Of a stretch of 60,295 nucleotides of DNA, positions 53,527 through 60,295 are shown one piece after another. The DNA lies in the NCBI GenBank assembly GCA_964460975.1, contig CAYWTN010000004.1:1-60295 (forward strand). The letters are read 5' to 3'. A program made the position numbers and the translations under genes. This DNA comes from an uncultured Pseudomonadales bacterium. Lineage in GTDB: Bacteria; Patescibacteriota; Microgenomatia; UBA1400; UBA1396. The first letter of the stretch is position 1; the number at the start of each line of letters is the position of its first letter. A model generated the notes under the pieces. That model had not been told where the DNA came from and did not search any database. It saw nothing but the letters and a program-made list of their open reading frames with translations.

Positions 53527-53831
53527 TGTGCCTTTTCCCCAAGATATCCTCATATGTGGATAAACTCTGTGGATAACATTCCGTTTTCTGTTCAAAACCC
53601 AAGGATAACTTTCCCCCAAATCCACACACGGCAACGACGCAAACACACCTTTCCCCCAAATCGCGCCAACTCTCCCCAAACTCTTCACATTGTTTTCCGC
53701 CGTGCTTTCGTTATACTGATCACACCAATGAAGCCCAAAACTTCTTGAGGCGGTCGCGTGAGTTATGCACTTGTCCACACGCCTACTACTTCTACTACTA
53801 ATTTAAATATACATATAAGAAAATACGGACT
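53527..53831. other. oriC-like dnaA-dnaN intergenic region (DnaA boxes plus an AT-rich unwinding tract)
   Basis: Perfect boxes tgtggataa at 53555-53563 and 53568-53576. One-mismatch box TTGTCCACA at 53771-53779. AT-rich aatttaaatatacatataagaaaata at about 53801-53826. Confidence 0.7.
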
Positions 53832-54941
53832 ATGGAACTCACTCTCGAACAACTCCCCTTCACCCAAACATGTAGCACGGCACTGAGATTTACGGGAAAT
53901 AAAGCACTCACTCCTCTTTTGGCCGGACTCTATCTCAAAGCCGAGAATAATCTTCTCGAAATCCGAGCTAGTTCTGGAACCCTCACGTACCGCTCTACCC
54001 TCCCCGCTCAGGTTCAGACTCCAGGTGAAGTTGTCATTCAGGCCCAGTTGGCGGTTTCGGTGCTCAAGAGTTTACAGGCTGGCGACATTTCGCTCACGCT
54101 CGAAAATGACGTTCTGGTTGTCCATCAAGGCAAGTCCCGTTTTGAGATTGCTACGCTTTCCTTTGAGGCTTTCCCCGATATTTCGGCCTTCCCCGACGCA
54201 AAAAAATTCCTTTTGCCCAAAGAGTCTTTCCTCAAATCCGTCCGACAAGTCCTTATTGCCACCAGCACCGACGAAACAAAACCGGTTCTTACCTCCGTTC
54301 TTTTTGAGTTAGCTCAGCCCAATGTCCTGGTTGCCACGGATGGATTCCGCTTGGTTCGCCAACAAACCGATCTTTCGCTCGATGAAAAAGGTTCTCTCCT
54401 CGTTCCTGGAAAAGCGCTGCGAGAACTGCTTCCCCTTATTGAGAAGGCCCATCTCGAGACGATCGAAGCCCAGATCTCTCCAACTGGCACCGAAGCGCTC
54501 TTCCAACTTGGTGAGGAGTTTTTGCAAGTCGGGTTGGTGGCTGGTGATTTCCCTCCGTACCAAAGCATTATTCCCTCCGCTTGTGCTTTTTCCTTTGTGG
54601 TTGGCCGAGAAGATCTCCTGCAAGCCATGAAACAGGCCATGATTTTTGCCAAGGAACTTTCGAGTATTGTGGTGTTTGCCGTAGAAAATGATGAACTCGT
54701 CGTGGCCTCGCAAAAAAGCGCTCATGGCAAGTCCAATGCACGGCTTCTGCTGCGCTCTCTCGAAGGCGAACCAGTGCGTTTTGCCTGTAATGGTAAGTAC
54801 GTTCAGGACTTTTTGGCCTCGCTCGAAGACGATGAAGTCACCATTCAAGGCAATGAGTCGCTCAAGCCAGTGCTCTTCTCTTCTCCAGTGCGAACCGATT
54901 TACTCTATCTCGTCATGCCTTTCAAGTTGCCTGAAGACTAA
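53832..54941 (+). CDS. dnaN: DNA polymerase III beta sliding clamp
   Basis: 369 aa with three-domain clamp-like periodicity, in the conserved position after dnaA. C-terminal motifs (LKP ... MP) are typical of DnaN. Confidence 0.9.
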   Translation: MELTLEQLPFTQTCSTALRFTGNKALTPLLAGLYLKAENNLLEIRASSGTLTYRSTLPAQVQTPGEVVIQAQLAVSVLKSLQAGDISLTLENDVLVVHQGKSRFEIATLSFEAFPDISAFPDAKKFLLPKESFLKSVRQVLIATSTDETKPVLTSVLFELAQPNVLVATDGFRLVRQQTDLSLDEKGSLLVPGKALRELLPLIEKAHLETIEAQISPTGTEALFQLGEEFLQVGLVAGDFPPYQSIIPSACAFSFVVGREDLLQAMKQAMIFAKELSSIVVFAVENDELVVASQKSAHGKSNARLLLRSLEGEPVRFACNGKYVQDFLASLEDDEVTIQGNESLKPVLFSSPVRTDLLYLVMPFKLPED

Positions 54942-54964
54942 AACAGTGGTATAATTGCCCCCTT

Positions 54965-55099
54965 ATGATTCGAACTTGGCAACCAAAAAAACTCAAGCGC
55001 CTGCGCAAGCACGGTTTTCTTAAGCGTATGGCAAGCTCTGGTGGGCAAAAAGTCATCAAGCGCCGTCGCGCCATTGGTCGCAAGCGTCTTGCCATCTAA
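54965..55099 (+). CDS. rpmH: 50S ribosomal protein L34
   Basis: Translated by hand as [44 protein letters not shown]. Below the ORF-track size cutoff. Confidence 0.9.
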   Translation: MIRTWQPKKLKRLRKHGFLKRMASSGGQKVIKRRRAIGRKRLAI

Positions 55100-55117
55100 T
55101 TTAGTACACTTGTACTC

Positions 55118-55471
55118 ATGCTTCCCTCTTTTTTGCGACTTCCTCTGCGTACAGATCCAGAGTTTTTTTCGCGCTCGAGTGTACATCGCGGACGATCCCT
55201 TCGCTTCTACTTTCAAAAAAACGACTTAGCTCATCATCGCTTTGCAGTTGTAGTGAAAAAAGCTCACGGTAAAGCCACTCAAAGGGCGCTTACTCGTCGC
55301 CGAATCCTCTCCTCTGTGCAACCACTCCTTTTGCCGGATTCTCTTCCAAATAACGGATTTTGGGATGTTGTAGCCGTAGTGCAGGGTTCGCCCAAGGAAG
55401 TTTCCGCCTACCAACAAGATCTTGCCACCTTTTTTGCCAAAACTTCCTCAGAGCCGTTCACCCGAACGTGA
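55118..55471 (+). CDS. rnpA: ribonuclease P protein component
   Basis: Basic 117-aa protein directly after rpmH. Contains an RNR-like motif region (KATQRALTRRRI). Confidence 0.85.
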   Translation: MLPSFLRLPLRTDPEFFSRSSVHRGRSLRFYFQKNDLAHHRFAVVVKKAHGKATQRALTRRRILSSVQPLLLPDSLPNNGFWDVVAVVQGSPKEVSAYQQDLATFFAKTSSEPFTRT

Positions 55472-55486
55472 TACAATTCTCGGGTT

Positions 55487-56260
55487 ATGTTTTCCTTTGT
55501 GACCGATCCACTTTTTCAACTTCTCGTTTACCTCAATACCCTTACGGGGAATTTTGGTCTTTCCATCGTGTTTATCACCATTCTCAGTAAAGTTGTTTTT
55601 TTGCCTCTCACCTACCCCGCACTCAAAGTGCAGTTTGTGAACAAAAAGAAAATGAATGATCTCAAGCCAGAACTTGCGGCTCTCAAGAAAAAGTACAAAG
55701 GCGATAATCTTAAATTTGCTCAGGCTCAGAGTGAGCTTTTCAAGAAGCACGATATTAAGCTCACGGCTGGCCTTCTCCCTAATCTTATTCAAATTGCTTT
55801 TCTCATCGCCTTTTTTCATGTTTTGCGTGAGTTTCTTCACCCTGATGTAGAAGTAGCGGCCGATGCCCTCACGTTCTTGGGCTTCAACATGATCGCTCCA
55901 GATACCACCTACGTCCTCCCCTTCCTTACCGGCTTCACGCAGTTTGTGTTTTCTCTCATGCTTATGCCCGGTCTTGAGTCTCATGATCTTGTACCGAATG
56001 ATTCCAAGAGCAAAAAGATCCAGAAACTCAACGAAAAAGAGACTGACCAGCAAGAAATGGCCCAACAGATCCAGCAGCAGATGCTCTTTATGATGCCGGT
56101 GATTACTGGTTTTATTGCTATTCAGTTTCCGGCTGGACTCTCTGTTTATTGGATTGTATCTACCATTATTAGCATTGCTCAACAGTATACGGTGTCTGGC
56201 TGGGGTGGAATTGAGAAATATTCTCATCAGATCCGTCAAAAATTAGTATCGAAAAAGTAG
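55487..56260 (+). CDS. yidC: membrane protein insertase YidC (short form)
   Basis: Five TM helices, a KKMNDLKPELAALKKKY amphipathic hairpin and the conserved rnpA-yidC-jag order. Confidence 0.88.
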   Translation: MFSFVTDPLFQLLVYLNTLTGNFGLSIVFITILSKVVFLPLTYPALKVQFVNKKKMNDLKPELAALKKKYKGDNLKFAQAQSELFKKHDIKLTAGLLPNLIQIAFLIAFFHVLREFLHPDVEVAADALTFLGFNMIAPDTTYVLPFLTGFTQFVFSLMLMPGLESHDLVPNDSKSKKIQKLNEKETDQQEMAQQIQQQMLFMMPVITGFIAIQFPAGLSVYWIVSTIISIAQQYTVSGWGGIEKYSHQIRQKLVSKK

Positions 56261-56270
56261 GAAAGGAACT

Positions 56271-56840
56271 ATGACTATTCAGGAGTATTTGGAACAGTTG
56301 TTGCAGCAGATGGGCGTTGGTGACACGCATCTTGAGATCGAAGAGAACGATGAATACCTCTTCATTGATGTGAGTGTGCCAGAAGAAGATGCCGGGAAGA
56401 TGATTGGGAATAGGGGAGAGACGATTCAAGCCTTCCGCCAGATTGTTTTCCTTACATTTATGGAAGAAATTGGTGACAAAAAAGTGGTCGTGAACGTGAA
56501 CGATTACAAAGAAAAGAAGGAAGAGCAGGCTATTGATATGGCGATTGCTGCTGCCGAGCGTGCCCGAGATGAAGGTCGTCCTCAGCACTTACCTAAGTAT
56601 CTTTTGGCTCACCAGCGCCGTGCTATTCACCAAGAACTTCAAGATTTTCCTGGGGTCGAGACGCATTCCGAAGGGGAGGGGAGAGATCGCCATCTCGTGA
56701 TCTACCCAAGCCAAGATGATGGTGGCTATGAGCAATCCGGTAAGGATGAAGCTCCGTCACAGGAATCCGTGGCTCCAGAAAATGCTGGTTCCAACGAGGT
56801 TTATCAGGGGACTGAGACTTTTGAAACCTATCAAGAGTAA
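56271..56840 (+). CDS. jag: Jag/KhpB RNA-binding protein (KH + R3H domains)
   Basis: KH motif MIGNRGETIQAFRQIV and an R3H region (HQRRAIHQEL ... ETHSEGEG). Position follows yidC. Confidence 0.85.
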   Translation: MTIQEYLEQLLQQMGVGDTHLEIEENDEYLFIDVSVPEEDAGKMIGNRGETIQAFRQIVFLTFMEEIGDKKVVVNVNDYKEKKEEQAIDMAIAAAERARDEGRPQHLPKYLLAHQRRAIHQELQDFPGVETHSEGEGRDRHLVIYPSQDDGGYEQSGKDEAPSQESVAPENAGSNEVYQGTETFETYQE

Positions 56841-56855
56841 GCGTACACTGAGCGT

Positions 56856-57278
56856 ATGAACGTATTTGTGCATACCGACGGCGGAAGTAGGGGCAACCCT
56901 GGACCATCTGCCTGTGGAGTGGTCATTCTTGATGCCCAGTCTCAAGAAGTCCTGTTTGAAGACCATAAGTTTCTTGGTGTGGGGACGAATAACGAAGCTG
57001 AATACCAAGGTTTGCTCTTTGCCACAGAACTCTTGCAGGATTTTGGGAAGAAAAATGGGGTAGAGAAGGTTGTTTTCCGCCTAGATTCCAATCTCGTGGT
57101 TCAGCAGATGTTAGGAAATTGGAAGATTAAAGATGCTCGGATGCGGGAGTATGTTACGCAAATCCGCGAGGTTCTTGCAATGGCTCCCTATTCCTGGTCT
57201 ATAGAATACGTTCCTCGCGCCCAGAATGCGTTTGCCGATATGCAGGTGAACCTGGCGCTCGATGCTGCTTTAGCCTGA
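56856..57278 (+). CDS. rnhA: ribonuclease HI-type RNase H
   Basis: Catalytic acidic-residue pattern TDGGSRGNPGPSA ... NNEAEYQGL ... LDSNLVV ... NAFADMQ. Confidence 0.85.
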   Translation: MNVFVHTDGGSRGNPGPSACGVVILDAQSQEVLFEDHKFLGVGTNNEAEYQGLLFATELLQDFGKKNGVEKVVFRLDSNLVVQQMLGNWKIKDARMREYVTQIREVLAMAPYSWSIEYVPRAQNAFADMQVNLALDAALA

Positions 57279-57381
57279 GAAGCTCTTTGCTCCAAAGATT
57301 GATTCGCTCACCACTGGTGATATCACATGAACAAAGATCGTGTCTTTTGTATGGGGCGGAACTTTTGTACACTAGAGCGTA

Positions 57382-59721
57382 ATGTCCCGTCGTCGATACG
57401 TTGTCCAGATTGTTTCTGATGATGCTCCTTTGCAAAATGGGGGAGTGGGGGCGCGCGCGGCAGGCGTTCCGCCTGCCAGCGCGCCCATAACTCAACCCCA
57501 GCCTGATCCCTCAAAAGTTATTCAAGAGGTTCCTCAACAGCCAAAGCCCCAGATAACGAGCCAGATTTTACGACCACGCCAAGAGCCTCAATCGGAAGTT
57601 CAAGATGCGTTTTCGGTGCAGGAAGAGCGAATGAAGAGGCTTTTTCAAGAGAGTTCTTTGCAAGAAGCCAGAGAAGTGCCGAGTATTCAGCGTCCGCGCT
57701 CCCCGAAGAGAGTCCAAGAACAACCCACCTCGCCCGAAGAAGTTTTGCGCCAAAATATCCAGAAGGAAGAGCGATCGCAAAAGATCGAAGATTTTTACCA
57801 GGCTAAGGTCAAACCTCACAAGGTTTCTCCTCGAGAAGGTTTAACCCCACCCAAGAAAAGAACACCTCTTCCTCCTTTGTGGCGAAAGATTGCCTTAACT
57901 CTCGTAGTCATTTTGCTCATTGGTGGTGGAGTAGCATTTTCTGGTGTGATGTATGTTCGTGCAGAAGTTGCCAAGAGTGAAGAGTCGGTGAAGTTGCTCG
58001 TAAAGGATGTTCAAACGGGGAAATGGCAGAGTGCCAGAGAGAGGCTCGACATTTTGCAGCAAAAACGGGCTACAGCCTGGAATGGCTATAGATTCACTCG
58101 TCCAATTATTCGACCATTCCTTGGTAAAGAAAAAACCACCTCAGTTGATCAGCTTTTTGAGGTGTCGCAAGCGGGGCTTAATGTGGTCCATCTTGGACTA
58201 GATGCTCAACAAACATTCGAAAAAGGTTTCCGGCAGTTTATGGGAGAAGAAGAGGGTTCAAGCCTCGAGACACTGGTTCACGTGACTGGCCAAAGCGAGT
58301 CGCTTTTTACCGAGCTTTCGCAGTTGCAGGCCAAGATGGATCGTTTGGAGAATCCACTTCAACTCGAAGCCGTTGATGTGCTCAAAACAGAACTCAATGA
58401 GAACGTGCCTCGAATGCGTCGCTACTTTGCCTCGATGCAGAAATTGGGTGGTGCTTTGCCCGAGCTACTCGGCGAAGAAGGCAAAAAACAGTATCTCGTT
58501 TTGCTGCAAAATAACATGGAGCTGCGCCCAACAGGCGGTTTTATTGGCTCATTTGGCATTCTCACGGTGCAGCATGGCCAGTTTCTCGATTTCCGAGTGG
58601 AAGACGTGTATGAGGCCGATGGTCAGCTCAATGGTTTTGTGACTCCGCCGCCCGAAATCGTCCAGTATCTCGGCGAAGCGCGCTGGTTTCTTCGTGATGT
58701 GAACTGGAATCCGGATTTTCCCACCACCGCCCAACAAGCACTTTGGTTTTTGGATAAAACCATTAACGTAAAAGCCGATGGCGTGATTGCGGTCAATCTT
58801 GATGTCGCCAAAAAACTGCTCGAGGTTACCGGTCCGATTGAGCTTATCGATTATAAGGAAGTTATTACCAAGGATAATTTGTATGAGCGCGCTCAGACGC
58901 ACTCCGAAATGAATTTTTTCCCTGGATCAACCCAAAAACGCGACTTCCTGAGCGCACTCGCCAACCAGCTTTTCCTCAAACTTATGAACGGCGATGCCCC
59001 AAAACTCGGGCTTGGCCAGGCTTTCCTGAGTGCCGCCGACGAATCGCAAGTGCTTATTGCGCTCAATTCTCCTGTTGCGTCTCAAGTGTTTGCCAATCTG
59101 GGCTGGGATGGTTCGGTTCGCACGCCATCTTGCCCGCCACCGTTTCATACGCAGCGCTGTTTTGTAGACACGGTGATGCAAGTCGAAGCCAATGTGGGCG
59201 TAAACAAAGCCAATCAGTATGTAAAACGCCAGATTTCCCATGAGGTGGAAGTAACGGGACGAGAAGCCAAGCACGTTCGTGAAATGGCTATTCAGAACAC
59301 GGCCAAATCCAATGCCTGGCCAGAAGGTGTGTATCGCAGTTATCTCCGGCTCTATGTGCCCAAAGAGGCACGTCTTCAATCCGTGTCACTGGACGGGGCA
59401 GTGGTGGATCTGCAAAGCGTGAAGAATGTTGAAGAAGGGGGTAAGCGCGTTTTTGGCTTGTATCTGGAAGTGCCGATTCAGAAGACGAGTCGCCTGGCTG
59501 TTTCTTACTCAGTCGATCTTCCCGAAGGATCTCCGCTCGTTTACTCCCTTTTTGAACAAAAACAGTCTGGGGTGAGCGGTGATCAAGTGACTCATCAGCT
59601 CAAGAGCACGGATAGGCAGATTCTTACCGTGGCCCCAGAACCCAAAATGCTCGATAGCCACGAGGCCACTTTCTCGTCTGAGCGTCTTACTCACGACTTC
59701 ATGGCCGTAGAGCTTCAGTGA
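57382..59721 (+). CDS. DUF4012 domain-containing membrane-anchored protein
   Basis: Disordered N-terminus, one TM helix and the hallmark LLQNNMELRPTGGFIGSFG motif of DUF4012. Confidence 0.8.
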   Translation: MSRRRYVVQIVSDDAPLQNGGVGARAAGVPPASAPITQPQPDPSKVIQEVPQQPKPQITSQILRPRQEPQSEVQDAFSVQEERMKRLFQESSLQEAREVPSIQRPRSPKRVQEQPTSPEEVLRQNIQKEERSQKIEDFYQAKVKPHKVSPREGLTPPKKRTPLPPLWRKIALTLVVILLIGGGVAFSGVMYVRAEVAKSEESVKLLVKDVQTGKWQSARERLDILQQKRATAWNGYRFTRPIIRPFLGKEKTTSVDQLFEVSQAGLNVVHLGLDAQQTFEKGFRQFMGEEEGSSLETLVHVTGQSESLFTELSQLQAKMDRLENPLQLEAVDVLKTELNENVPRMRRYFASMQKLGGALPELLGEEGKKQYLVLLQNNMELRPTGGFIGSFGILTVQHGQFLDFRVEDVYEADGQLNGFVTPPPEIVQYLGEARWFLRDVNWNPDFPTTAQQALWFLDKTINVKADGVIAVNLDVAKKLLEVTGPIELIDYKEVITKDNLYERAQTHSEMNFFPGSTQKRDFLSALANQLFLKLMNGDAPKLGLGQAFLSAADESQVLIALNSPVASQVFANLGWDGSVRTPSCPPPFHTQRCFVDTVMQVEANVGVNKANQYVKRQISHEVEVTGREAKHVREMAIQNTAKSNAWPEGVYRSYLRLYVPKEARLQSVSLDGAVVDLQSVKNVEEGGKRVFGLYLEVPIQKTSRLAVSYSVDLPEGSPLVYSLFEQKQSGVSGDQVTHQLKSTDRQILTVAPEPKMLDSHEATFSSERLTHDFMAVELQ

Positions 59722-60295
59722 TTCTCTGGCCAAGACTGGGCAGTGAGCAAACCTTCCTGAGACCACAATTCCTGCCAAACGGCTTCGGTGATAAACGGCA
59801 TGAACGGATGGAGCAGAACGAGGCTTGTTTTAAGAACGTGTTTGACGACTCGGATATACGTCATTTCGCTGCTGCGCTGCTTGTTGTTTTCCAGGTAGTC
59901 GTTGGCAAAGCGGTTCCAGATGAATTCGTAGAGTCCCAAGGCGGCATCGCTGAAATGGTATTTTTCAAGGTTCTGCGTAGTGCTTGTTATCACTTCATTG
60001 AGGTCACGGAGAATAGCTTTGTCGGCTTCTGTAAGCTCCGATTCGACGAGTTTATCTGCGTCGTGACTCGTACTGGATGGCAACCCCAATTCTTGCTCTT
60101 TGAGCCAAATAAAGCGCCCAATGTTCCAAATCTTGTTGGCAAAATTGCGGTAGCCTTTCACTTTTGGTTCGCTCAAGGCAATGGGGTTTCCAGGGGCGGA
60201 TCCAGCGACCAAGGAAATGCGGAGGGCATCGGCACCAAACTTCTCGATAATCTCTAGTGGGTTAATAACGTTTCCTTTGGATTTACTCATTTTGG
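59715..60295 (-). CDS. valS: valine--tRNA ligase, C-terminal part (gene continues beyond the window)
   Basis: KMSKS loop (MSKSKGNVINP), then GADALR ... NFANKIWN ... RF, as in ValRS anticodon-binding domains. Truncated by the window edge. Its stop overlaps the convergent DUF4012 stop by 7 nt. Confidence 0.78.
   Translation of the reverse strand, partial: KMSKSKGNVINPLEIIEKFGADALRISLVAGSAPGNPIALSEPKVKGYRNFANKIWNIGRFIWLKEQELGLPSSTSHDADKLVESELTEADKAILRDLNEVITSTTQNLEKYHFSDAALGLYEFIWNRFANDYLENNKQRSSEMTYIRVVKHVLKTSLVLLHPFMPFITEAVWQELWSQEGLLTAQSWPENH

Noticed and set aside
55448-56239. 263-aa minus-strand ORF
   Set aside because: Antisense to yidC, whose position and TM pattern are well supported.
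1-60295. Alternative genetic code (UGA recoding), as in some CPR lineages
   Set aside because: Conserved genes are full-length under the standard code, several end in TGA (for example lysS and recF), and tRNA-Trp has a CCA anticodon. Standard code 11 fits.
1-60295. CRISPR arrays, rRNA genes, transposases, integrases, prophage genes
   Set aside because: I saw no regularly spaced direct repeats, rRNA-like sequence or recognisable recombinase or phage structural genes on either strand.

Overview
Gene-dense bacterial chromosome segment spanning the replication origin: dnaA, an oriC-like spacer with perfect DnaA boxes, then dnaN-rpmH-rnpA-yidC-jag at about 51.9-56.8 kb. By inference it comes from a small-genome CPR/Patescibacteria-type organism. 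The basis is gene content: DUF4012, cohesin/dockerin surface proteins, a TrbC/VirB2-like pilin with a VirB6-like protein, an archaeal/eukaryotic-type ATP-dependent DNA ligase, compact glycolysis and pentose-phosphate genes, and many short proteins. The standard genetic code fits. Recognisable housekeeping genes are lysS, yjjX-like NTPase, sufU/sufS, pth, lgt, gap, pgk, a PfkB kinase, a LOG-family protein, rpe, rpiB, a DUF59 protein, DNA ligase, nnrD, recF, lepA, dnaA, dnaN, rpmH, rnpA, yidC, jag/khpB, rnhA, partial valS, tRNA-Trp and tRNA-Tyr. Between them sit accessory, often visibly AT-richer blocks. These are a cell-surface cluster at 9.5-15.1 kb, a secreted-protein block at 22.6-30.1 kb, Doc and Fic proteins, a NYN protein, an HNH nuclease, and a T4SS-like pilin/VirB6 pair. 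The most interesting items are: (1) an AT-rich pair of large orphan proteins (423 aa and 1048 aa) between the T4SS-like genes and oriC; (2) perfect GC-rich palindromes with 13-17-bp arms embedded in frame in unrelated CDSs, including conserved motifs of gap and the DNA ligase; (3) tandem paralogous secreted proteins sharing a 295-bp near-identical core; (4) a shared TQxMPVSG C-terminal sorting signal; (5) a partial duplication of the tRNA-Trp 3' end with structured repeats. No CRISPR array, rRNA, transposase or integrase was seen.
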